In this document: positions 6,597 to 13,466 of the stretch, piece after piece
Layout of the letters: the number at the start of each line of letters is the position of its first letter
Position numbering within the stretch: position 1 is the stretch's first letter
Assembly (NCBI GenBank): GCA_048885535.1
Contig: JBHLLO010000068.1
Location: forward strand, 1 to 13,466
Direction: 5' to 3'
Length of the DNA: 13,466 nt
Source of the DNA: Candidatus Hermodarchaeota archaeon
GTDB lineage: Archaea; Asgardarchaeota; Lokiarchaeia; Sigyniarchaeales; SOKP01
Notes under the pieces: model-generated
Database searches by the model: none
Seen by the model: only the letters and a program-made list of their open reading frames with translations
Told to the model about the DNA's origin: nothing
Translations under genes and position numbers: made by a program

Positions 6597-7760
6597 ATGA
6601 TTAAGGAGACCCGAATAAAACAAAATCTAAAAAACTTTGCTTTTCCTCGATTATCTGGAACACAATTTGAACTTAAGGCTTTTAATAAAGCAAAACAAGA
6701 GATTGAAAACCTAGATTTGGATTTTGAAATTCAAAATTTTACGTTCAGTACGTTTTATTCAAGGATGTATCCCAAGATTGCATTTTTATCTGGGTCTTTA
6801 ATATTTTTAATTCTCTATTTGAATCTTCATTTAATTATCTCATTAATTTTCATTCTCATATTAGCAAATATTTTAATTGCATCTTTTATAATCACTAGAA
6901 GACCAGAGAAGATACAATTAAAGCCAAAGTTTAATTCACAAAATATTATAGTAAAAATTAAACCTAACTCAAACGATTTAAAGAATGATGACCGAATTCT
7001 ATTATTTATGAGTCATTTAGATTCTAAGGGACAAAGATTCACCGTTAGAATCCGAATTCGAATTATGAAAGTATGGATAATCTCTTCGATCACTCTAACT
7101 CTTATTATGATTATTAAAACGGTGATGTCTTCTCAATATGATATCATTTTTAATCTAGTTGGGCTATTTCCTCTAATATTGAACATATTTGCTTCAGTTT
7201 TGATTATTTTTAATACAACAAATAATCAATCACCAGGTGCTATTGACAATGCCACAGGTATAGCTTGTAATTTAGAGCTTTTAAATTATTATAGCATTCC
7301 TAAAAATAGATTGAAAAATTATACTATGTTGTTTCTCTTTAGTGGAGCTGAAGAATGCGGAACAATGGGTGTCAGACATTTTTTTTATAATAAATTAGAA
7401 AATGTGGATCCTAATAAGTCAATAATTTTTAATTTTGAATCTATCGCTACTAACGTATTTTTATTCCCCGGAGGAATGGAAGGAGATCATGCAAGAGATG
7501 TTAATAATTGGATTTTAAACAACTCTAGATATCTTAGGGTACATCACTTCATTACAAACAGGATTTTCGGCACCCATTCCGACGGAGGGTTTCTAGGAAA
7601 TAAAGGATTTCAAGGATATGGGATTGGTGGAGCAGAAGTTTATGATTATATGCATACTCGTAATGATACAGTAGATAAAGTAAACACAAAAATCTTAAAA
7701 AAGTTATGTCTAGTTCTTGTTGACAGTTTGAGAAAGCACGATTCAAATTATTTCAAATAA
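6597..7760 (+). CDS. Membrane-embedded M28 family metallopeptidase
   Basis: PRLSGT, SHLDS, GAIDNATG, GAEECG, NFES and YMHT..DT metal-ligand/catalytic motifs. Two inserted hydrophobic hairpins give about 4 TM. Confidence 0.9.
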   Translation: MIKETRIKQNLKNFAFPRLSGTQFELKAFNKAKQEIENLDLDFEIQNFTFSTFYSRMYPKIAFLSGSLIFLILYLNLHLIISLIFILILANILIASFIITRRPEKIQLKPKFNSQNIIVKIKPNSNDLKNDDRILLFMSHLDSKGQRFTVRIRIRIMKVWIISSITLTLIMIIKTVMSSQYDIIFNLVGLFPLILNIFASVLIIFNTTNNQSPGAIDNATGIACNLELLNYYSIPKNRLKNYTMLFLFSGAEECGTMGVRHFFYNKLENVDPNKSIIFNFESIATNVFLFPGGMEGDHARDVNNWILNNSRYLRVHHFITNRIFGTHSDGGFLGNKGFQGYGIGGAEVYDYMHTRNDTVDKVNTKILKKLCLVLVDSLRKHDSNYFK

Positions 7761-7781
7761 ATTTACATATAGTATTTAAAG

Positions 7782-8066
7782 ATGAGTGGAACAGGAAGAG
7801 TAATTATAAGAGGAAGGATTACGGATATTCGGGATGGCGAAAAAAGAATTTCTCGGAGTTTTACTTATGGATATATGATACTTACTGTACAGACTAAGAC
7901 TGCTTTATATTCTGTATTAGTAGATTCCTCAAAAATTAACACTTATGGATTTTTACCACGAGTAGGATATATGATCCTTGCCGAAGGGATTAAGAGTCCT
8001 TCTCGCGATGGATTTCACGACTTTTCATTGAGTCATCTTTCCACATTAGAACATATTGAAGAGTAA
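7782..8066 (+). CDS. Small protein with a probable single OB fold
   Basis: VIIRGRITDIR...YMILTVQT...YSVLVD...LPRVGYMILAEG matches the OB-fold strand pattern (VxGxV; L..Gd.v.v.G). Starts 21 nt after the M28 gene. Confidence 0.65.
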   Translation: MSGTGRVIIRGRITDIRDGEKRISRSFTYGYMILTVQTKTALYSVLVDSSKINTYGFLPRVGYMILAEGIKSPSRDGFHDFSLSHLSTLEHIEE

Positions 8067-8203
8067 AATGATAAGTCAATTCCCTTCTATCTTAGTCTAA
8101 ATCAAGGTTACAAATTTTCCGAAATATAATACTCAATAAGGTATGATTAAACTATAAATACTCGAAAGGATTAAAATACTATGAAGAGGAATAAGGAGAT
8201 CAT

Positions 8204-8356
8204 ATGAAGATTGTTACTATTTCCCTTCCGCAAGAGGATGTTAAGGCAATTAATAAATTAGTGGGAGAGAATAAGTTATATCATAGTCGTTCTGAACTTG
8301 TAAGATGTGCTCTTAAAGATTATCTTGTAAAAGAATTAAGAAATAATTCTGAATAA
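8204..8356 (+). CDS. Ribbon-helix-helix (CopG/Arc/MetJ-like) transcriptional regulator, 50 aa; not in the ORF track
   Basis: MKIVTISLPQEDVKAINKLVGENKLYHSRSELVRCALKDYLVKELRNNSE*. It has the beta-strand IVTISLP, helix A and the SRSELVR-AL signature. AAGGAG SD at 8193-8198 and T-run after the stop. Confidence 0.9.
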   Translation: MKIVTISLPQEDVKAINKLVGENKLYHSRSELVRCALKDYLVKELRNNSE

Positions 8357-8395
8357 TCTTATTTTTTTAAAATCAGTTAAATTTTCGTTCAGAGT

Positions 8396-8716
8396 CTAGA
8401 TGAGCTGGATATTTACTAATTGGATAATGATACCCCACATATGGTAACTACCTAAATCATCCCTTCTTAAAGCACTAAAAGCTACTCTTAGTCCATCAAT
8501 TTCAAAATCTTTGGGTAGATTTATAGGATCATAATGATTATCATCATCTCCAATAATACCGTAAAACCCCCCTTCTAAATCAAGATAAACAATTGTGCCA
8601 GTTGTATTAATAACTCTACTATCTATAACATTATAGGCATTAACAGTTATAGCTAAGGCACAGATGCTTATAATTGAAGCTAAGATTAAGATTAACTTTT
8701 TTGGTTTGGTTTTCAT
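8396..8716 (-). CDS. Small exported/membrane-anchored conserved hypothetical protein
   Basis: Basic plus hydrophobic N-terminus from ATG 8716 (the track starts at TTG 8725). The domain GTIVYLDLEGGFYGIIGDD...YDPINLP..F..DGLRVAF looks like a widespread small beta-barrel domain of unknown function. Confidence 0.8.
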   Translation of the reverse strand: MKTKPKKLILILASIISICALAITVNAYNVIDSRVINTTGTIVYLDLEGGFYGIIGDDDNHYDPINLPKDFEIDGLRVAFSALRRDDLGSYHMWGIIIQLVNIQLI

Positions 8717-8836
8717 TTCTACCAAGAAAATTAGGTGTAATTTTATATATAAATATAATGTACATTAATAGTGGGGTTTCTTGATTTCTTAACATTAACA
8801 ATAATTTTAAAACTAATTATTTTTATATGATGAAGT

Positions 8837-9118
8837 ATGAAGTATTGTTCTAATTGCGGTTCAAAGATGGAAGAAAGTGATTCTTTTTGTCCTTTTTGTG
8901 GTATCGAATTCGGTGATAATAATGAATTGAGGAATAAGGATAAGAAGATACAAGAATTGGAACAAAAAGTTAAATTATTGGAAAGACAAGTGAACAGAGA
9001 GACTGGTTGGAAAAAAAATCAGTTCCAAAATAAATTCTCATTTGCGTGGATGATCGTACCAATAGTTGGCTTTTTTGTTTTTATGTTACTATTAGTACTA
9101 ATACTTAAAATGAATTGA
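8837..9118 (+). CDS. Zinc-ribbon / coiled-coil protein with C-terminal membrane anchor
   Basis: YCSNCG-x7-FCPFCG, heptad stretch KIQELEQKVKLLERQV, then a hydrophobic segment running to within 3 aa of the C-terminus. Confidence 0.88.
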   Translation: MKYCSNCGSKMEESDSFCPFCGIEFGDNNELRNKDKKIQELEQKVKLLERQVNRETGWKKNQFQNKFSFAWMIVPIVGFFVFMLLLVLILKMN

Positions 9119-9123
9119 GAGAA

Positions 9124-10050
9124 TTAGACTCTATCATCTTTTAACTCAAATGAAATAACTGCAGTTTGTTTTATCCCTAACTTATTACCTACTTTTCTAA
9201 TAAACCCGATTCTATGGTTTTTAATTAAATCATTACATATTAATGTTGGAATTAAGGATAAGGTAAGGTAGAAAGGTAAACCTATCCAGAGTACTAAAGC
9301 CGGAATATTCAAGGTAACTCCAGGATTCTCAATAATGATATTTATGAAATTATATATAATGAGAATATAGGTAACTATTGCACCGATTCCAGCATAACTT
9401 TTTAGAATCGTGCGAAACCAATCACCTATCGACTTGATAGTAAACATTTCGTGAGAACTTTCTACTCTCTCTCTGTTTGAATATATTATTCCAGAATCTT
9501 TTAAAAACCAAACAGGAGAAAAAAAGAATAGAGCTATTCCAAAAGTGAGGATTAACAAAACACTTTCCGCTAATAATGATAATAATGACGAAAGACCAAG
9601 GGATCCTCCTATTACATTAAGTGTATCCGTAGGTAAAATACGTTCTACTATTGGCTGTGATATAAAAATAGTAGATATGTTAATTGCCATAAGAATTGGG
9701 AAAAAGGCCCGTGTAAACACTTTTTCCGAATATTTTTTTGGTTCTATTTGAATCCCATAAAATAATTTTGAGCCTAATAGCTTTTTATGTAAAATCATAA
9801 TAATAGGACTTAATAAATAGCCTCCAATTAACAGTCCTAACATCCCAGAAATAGGTAGTATAAAGACATAAATGATTGCAAGCTCGATTAGTAAATCATT
9901 TATAGGTATATACCTTGTAAGATCTACTCTTATAGCCTGACCTAAAATACCATTTATAATTGCGATTAGAACAAACCAAAAAACTACATAAGCGAGATAA
10001 AGAACAATTAAATTTCGATATCTATCAAGAAAAGACTTTCTAGGTTCCAT
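9124..10050 (-). CDS. Polytopic membrane protein of unknown function
   Basis: 308-aa ORF with about 6 hydrophobic segments and conserved-looking motifs WFLKDSGIIY and IGDWF...LKSYAGIG. Confidence 0.85.
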   Translation of the reverse strand: MEPRKSFLDRYRNLIVLYLAYVVFWFVLIAIINGILGQAIRVDLTRYIPINDLLIELAIIYVFILPISGMLGLLIGGYLLSPIIMILHKKLLGSKLFYGIQIEPKKYSEKVFTRAFFPILMAINISTIFISQPIVERILPTDTLNVIGGSLGLSSLLSLLAESVLLILTFGIALFFFSPVWFLKDSGIIYSNRERVESSHEMFTIKSIGDWFRTILKSYAGIGAIVTYILIIYNFINIIIENPGVTLNIPALVLWIGLPFYLTLSLIPTLICNDLIKNHRIGFIRKVGNKLGIKQTAVISFELKDDRV

Positions 10051-10225
10051 AAATAATTATAAGGAAACTTGGTATATTTATATTTTAACTGACGCAACAA
10101 AGAATTTCATAATTTATATGCCATCAAATTGAATGCAGACTTTAGTGCAAAACATTAAATTGTGTCAAGAATTACAAAATTAAAAGAATATCTAAAACAA
10201 CTTAAAATTATTGAGGAGATATAAT

Positions 10226-10435
10226 TTGAAGATTGAAACAATCACAATAAATTTTCTTGCTCGTTCCATGTCTCATGCTAGTTCTTCTGGTGTTAAGAAA
10301 GTGAAGTTTGAAAAAAAGGGATTCTACCAAGAATTTTTAACCTATCTTGAAGATTATATGACAACAAATGGATATGATCTTGTAAATGTACACGGTTCAG
10401 AACAAATGTATGTTTTTCACATAATTAAAAGGTAA
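10226..10435 (+). CDS. Small hypothetical protein (weakly DUF4177-like)
   Basis: Start reassigned to TTG 10226 because it is preceded by GGAGATATAAT, the same 11-mer that precedes ATG 838. The C-terminus NGYDLVNV...YVFHIIKR recalls the GWELV...FKR pattern. Confidence 0.7.
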   Translation: MKIETITINFLARSMSHASSSGVKKVKFEKKGFYQEFLTYLEDYMTTNGYDLVNVHGSEQMYVFHIIKR

Positions 10436-10452
10436 ATAAAATTTCTTTTCAA

Positions 10453-11001
10453 TTAAGCAACTTTTTTTTTCAATTTTTGTCGTTGATATAAAAACCCTGG
10501 AACCCATAAAGCAATTCCAACAACACCTCCAAGTAAAAAAGTAATAGGATCATTCCAGAAAAATAATTTATAAATTCCCGTTATTATAAGAACAATAAAT
10601 CCGATTAGAAGCCTTATTGGAAATTTCGCTTTATTGATGATTAATTGATGAAATACATAAAAAAAGATCATAATTGCATGGCCACTTAATGGAATATTTA
10701 TAATATATCGAATCAATGACAATATCCCAACGACAACGGACTCAGCAAAAAAGATTATAGATGTCTTGTGTTCCTTTTTCTTATACCATTCCCAGAGAAG
10801 CTCACTTATTAACATTCCATATGGAAGAAAAATTGAATTCATATACAAAGGGGGTGTAACAATGCTTAGTGTTTCTGTGGCTGTATTAACAAGGGGATAT
10901 CCACTTATAGCAAAAAATACTATTGAGAGAAGCATTGTTATTAATCCGATCCCATAAACAATAAGCAATTCTTTTATGGAGGGTTTTATACTATTTAACA
11001 T
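10453..11001 (-). CDS. Membrane protein with degenerate PAP2-like motifs
   Basis: About 6 hydrophobic segments. PLSGHA and YKLFFWNDPITFLLGGVVG sit where PAP2 motifs C2 and C3 would be. ATG 11001 is preferred over TTG 11010 but is uncertain. Confidence 0.75.
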   Translation of the reverse strand: MLNSIKPSIKELLIVYGIGLITMLLSIVFFAISGYPLVNTATETLSIVTPPLYMNSIFLPYGMLISELLWEWYKKKEHKTSIIFFAESVVVGILSLIRYIINIPLSGHAIMIFFYVFHQLIINKAKFPIRLLIGFIVLIITGIYKLFFWNDPITFLLGGVVGIALWVPGFLYQRQKLKKKVA

Positions 11002-11126
11002 AGCTCTCAAGTATTGATGGATTAATATTTATTAAATTATACGACTCTTTGCCAATAAAAATTAAAAAAGATCTAATATATGTTATACTACTAAATTGAA
11101 ATTCAAAATAAAATTTATTTAAAACC

Positions 11127-11495
11127 ATGCCAAAAATTATTCATTTTGAAATAAATGCTGACGATCCTCTAAGAGCAAAAGAGTTTTATGAAAAAACTTT
11201 CGGTTGGAGTATTGAAAAGTGGCAAGGTCCAGTTGAATATTGGACAATAAAAGCAGGAGATGAGGATGAGGAGGGAATAGATGGTGGAATCCAAAGACGA
11301 GAGGGTTCAAATGACCAAATCTTTAATTATATTAGCGTAGTTTCAGTTGATGCGTATAAGGAAAGAATTGAAAAAAATGGAGGAGTAATCGTCACACCAA
11401 GAATTACAGTCCCTGGAGTAGGTTACTTTTATATGTTTAAAGATACCGAAGGAAATAAATTGGGTATAATGCAAGAAGATGAATCTGCTGAATAA
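11127..11495 (+). CDS. VOC family (glyoxalase/bleomycin-resistance-like) protein
   Basis: IIHFEINADDPLRAKEFYEKTFGW, GIDGGI, YISVVSVD, GG.IV and VPGVGYFYMFKDTEGNKLGIMQ. Confidence 0.93.
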   Translation: MPKIIHFEINADDPLRAKEFYEKTFGWSIEKWQGPVEYWTIKAGDEDEEGIDGGIQRREGSNDQIFNYISVVSVDAYKERIEKNGGVIVTPRITVPGVGYFYMFKDTEGNKLGIMQEDESAE

Positions 11496-11508
11496 TTTCG
11501 GATTTAAA

Positions 11509-11552
11509 TTCTTTCTTTTATTTTTTTAATTTTTTTTCTTTTATTGAAAAAA
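11509..11552. terminator. Oligo-T terminator region between convergent genes
   Basis: Multiple T-runs at 11509-11545 after the VOC stop. A6 at 11547-11552 gives T6 for the minus-strand gene. Confidence 0.55.
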
Positions 11553-11559
11553 GTTAGAT

Positions 11560-12282
11560 TCACTTATCATAGGCTTTTTTAATTGTTAATGAAAGAGTTT
11601 CATCTAAACTTTCTCCCTCGACTAAAACTTTAAATTGTAGATCAGGTGATGAAAATAATTCCTGAAAATAGCGTAACCAATAATTACTGTATCTCCGATT
11701 TTGATGATGTTTAAAAATTACATAGAATTCATCATCAGTTTCTTTAACATCAACGAAGTAGAAGTAATTTGCTACAGTCCACATTTTTTGAATTGCATGG
11801 ATAATTTCTCCTAAATTAAGGCTTTTTAATGGTTTTCCAGTATACCATAATATAACATCTAATGCTACATTTTTTTTTATTGGTCGGTCTAAACTTTCTT
11901 CAGGTGCTTCAGCTGCGGCTAAAAGCTGAATAAAAGTTGTTTTTCCTATTAACATCATCTTTAATTCATCCCGTGCTCTGCACCATAAGTCAATATCTTC
12001 TGCTTTTTCAGGATCCTTCTGTTTGTCAAATATTTTTAATGCTTCTTCAATAATATTTAAGTCTGATCCATATTCTTCATGATATTTATGGAGTACACTT
12101 CTTATTTCAGGAGCCAATGATATATATGTGTCATATAGTTCTATGGCTTCTGCGATGATACTGGAAATAGTTTTACCTTCTTCTTTATACTTATCGATTT
12201 TGGCACGAGTTTCATCAGAAACTTTAACATAAATAGGGTTACCTTTTACTTCTTCACTTTTCTCCTCCTCATTTTCAGTCAT
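11560..12282 (-). CDS. Putative transcriptional regulator: duplicated RHH-like N-terminus plus alpha/beta C-terminal domain (V4R/HNOB-like by inference)
   Basis: Internal repeat IYVKVSDETRAKIDKYKEEGKTISSIIAEAIELYD / ISLAPEIRSVLHKYHEEYGSDLNIIEEALKIFD. C-terminal pattern FYVIFKHHQNRRYSNYWLRYFQELF...LSLTI. ATG 12282 is preceded by GTGGTG; the alternative start is GTG 12291. Confidence 0.7.
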   Translation of the reverse strand: MTENEEEKSEEVKGNPIYVKVSDETRAKIDKYKEEGKTISSIIAEAIELYDTYISLAPEIRSVLHKYHEEYGSDLNIIEEALKIFDKQKDPEKAEDIDLWCRARDELKMMLIGKTTFIQLLAAAEAPEESLDRPIKKNVALDVILWYTGKPLKSLNLGEIIHAIQKMWTVANYFYFVDVKETDDEFYVIFKHHQNRRYSNYWLRYFQELFSSPDLQFKVLVEGESLDETLSLTIKKAYDK

Positions 12283-12350
12283 AAACACCACGATTTTGAT
12301 TCTTAAACCTCAAAAATTATGTTTTTATCTAAGAAATATAATTCTTACTC

Positions 12351-12505
12351 AGATATATATATCTTTATATTAATAAAATTTTGTTCTATAAAAAATTAAT
12401 AGTAAACTGTGAGAAAGATCGACTCTTAAATATATATCTTTATATTTGAATTTTTATCAGAATTCATATATAAATGTCTATATTGAGATATATATTCTAT
12501 ATATT
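12351..12505. repeat. Repeated 17-bp motif ATATATATCTTTATATT (candidate operators)
   Basis: Exact copies at 12355-12371 and 12430-12446, a 3-mismatch copy at 12468-12484 and a looser copy at 12488-12505. Perfect palindrome AGATATATATATCT at 12351-12364. Confidence 0.5.
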
Positions 12506-12633
12506 GCTTTATAGAGCTATAGAAGTCATTCTTTTTAAAGGGAAATTTTTTAACGAAACTTTTAAATATACATGTTGAATAAATGTATATTGATAAATAT
12601 AGTAAAATATATTAGAATATAAAAAAGGAAAAA

Positions 12634-13014
12634 ATGCATCATAAGAGTTCCGCTACTGGAATAGTTTTATGTATGATTGGTTTTATAATGTTTGGATTAT
12701 TTTTCGGCTTACAATCATTTATAGGTTATTTTTATTTTCCTATATTTCCAGGGATTTTTATTTATATCATGATTATCATAGTAGCTGTTGTAAGTATTGA
12801 AAATTCAAAAGCTCGAAATAAAGCTTATTCCAATAATATTTATCATAATATACCATCAGTGAGAAACCCTTATATTATCCAAAACGCTAAACCAATTGAA
12901 GTAAAAGATGACACTGAAAAGGTTATTCACGCACAATATTGCCAGTATTGTGGTGTAAAAATTGAAAGAGAGGCGAGGTTCTGCCATAATTGTGGAACTA
13001 ATCTATTAGAATAA
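12634..13014 (+). CDS. Two-TM membrane protein with C-terminal zinc ribbon
   Basis: Two N-terminal hydrophobic helices and YCQYCG-x7-FCHNCG at the C-terminus. AAGGA SD upstream and T-run after the stop. Confidence 0.88.
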   Translation: MHHKSSATGIVLCMIGFIMFGLFFGLQSFIGYFYFPIFPGIFIYIMIIIVAVVSIENSKARNKAYSNNIYHNIPSVRNPYIIQNAKPIEVKDDTEKVIHAQYCQYCGVKIEREARFCHNCGTNLLE

Positions 13015-13084
13015 TTTTTTTTATTAAACAAAAATCAATTGTATATAAAACCAGAAATTAAATCATTAAAAAAAATGCCAATAG

Positions 13085-13216
13085 GAAATAATATCAAGAG
13101 ATAATCTAAATCAAGATAGGATTATAGAGCAAAGAAATGCACCTAAACTTATATTTTACCCATATTGTGGATAACAAGGAATTCTAAGGCAAGATTTTAC
13201 CAGTAGTGGAAAATTA
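13085..13216 (+). pseudogene. Decayed remnant of a zinc-ribbon protein gene
   Basis: EIISRDNLNQDRIIEQRNAPKLIFYPYCG*, then after frameshifts NSKARF and TSSGKL. This reads as an eroded FCPYCG...ARFCTSCGK. Confidence 0.45.
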
Positions 13217-13253
13217 AAGTTAATATTTAAGAGAAATAAGATAAGAAAAAAAA

Positions 13254-13466
13254 ATGAATGCTTACGATATTTTTTTTAATATCTGTTTGGGGTTGTTCAT
13301 AGGGGGGATTATCTTTTCAATCATCTCAATTTTTCTAGCCCATATGGAAGCACAATCAGGAGGAACTGAAGTTGATACTGAAGTCGATATTGAGGCAGAA
13401 ATAGATGTCGACGTTGATGCTGATGTAGATATGGATGTTGACATTGATACTGATATAGATGTTGAT
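13254..13466 (+). CDS. Membrane protein with acidic (D/E)x repeat, NfeD/YuaF/YqiJ-like N-terminus, 3'-truncated; not in the ORF track
   Basis: MNAYDIFFNICLGLFIGGIIFSIISIFLAHMEAQSGGTEVDTEVDIEAEIDVDVDADVDMDVDIDTDIDVD, open to the window end. N-terminal TM followed by a DxDxD tract. The family call is inference. Confidence 0.8.
   Translation, partial: MNAYDIFFNICLGLFIGGIIFSIISIFLAHMEAQSGGTEVDTEVDIEAEIDVDVDADVDMDVDIDTDIDVD
13368..13466 (+). repeat. Coding 6-nt-period repeat (GAN-NNN) encoding alternating Asp/Glu and small or hydrophobic residues
   Basis: 33 codons in which every other residue is D/E (17 acidic). Synonymous variation (GAT/GAC/GAA/GAG) suggests protein-level selection rather than recent slippage. 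Confidence 0.85.

Noticed and set aside
7552-7746. 64-aa minus-strand ORF
   Set aside because: Antisense shadow within the M28 peptidase catalytic region.
7782-8356. Toxin-antitoxin pair or plasmid/viral module (OB protein + RHH)
   Set aside because: The genes are 137 nt apart with an apparent separate promoter. No PIN/RelE toxin, integrase, Rep or capsid gene is nearby.
8837-9118. SNARE-like protein
   Set aside because: The coiled coil is only about 20-25 aa versus about 60 for a SNARE motif. Only the topology is shared.
9545-9751. 68-aa plus-strand ORF
   Set aside because: Antisense shadow of the 308-aa membrane protein.
10766-10957. 63-aa plus-strand ORF
   Set aside because: Antisense shadow of the PAP2-like membrane protein.
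12351-12505. CRISPR array or replication origin
   Set aside because: The repeats are short, low-complexity and irregularly spaced. No cas or cdc6/orc1 gene is present and there is no G-string ORB motif.
13262-13444. 60-aa Ser/Thr-rich minus-strand ORF
   Set aside because: Reverse complement of the (D/E)x repeat gene on the plus strand.

Overview
AT-rich, gene-dense window of mostly unlinked genes. It looks archaeal, most likely Asgard/Lokiarchaeia-type. This is an inference from GGAG/GGTGA ribosome-binding sites, TATA-like boxes, oligo-T terminators, small RHH regulators and membrane zinc-ribbon proteins. I see no rRNA, tRNA, CRISPR array or transposase. Recognisable products: a standalone PAS protein, a TsrM-like B12-binding radical SAM enzyme, a 2-TM/tandem-RCK channel-like protein lacking the K+ filter signature, a hotdog-fold thioesterase, a membrane M28 peptidase, a single OB-fold protein, a VOC protein, two RHH regulators and several secreted or membrane hypotheticals. 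The ORF track missed or mis-framed three probable genes: a secreted protein (<1..496, -), a 50-aa RHH protein (8204..8356, +) and a membrane protein with a (D/E)x repeat resembling flotillin-partner NfeD/YuaF/YqiJ proteins (13254..>13466, +). There are also two probable gene remnants and a 77-nt intergenic hairpin. I cannot support a single coherent novel multi-gene system. The best leads are the TsrM-like enzyme with an altered fourth-ligand site, the adjacent filter-less channel, and the tandem-RHH regulator with repeated upstream sites. All family assignments come from recalled motifs, not database searches.
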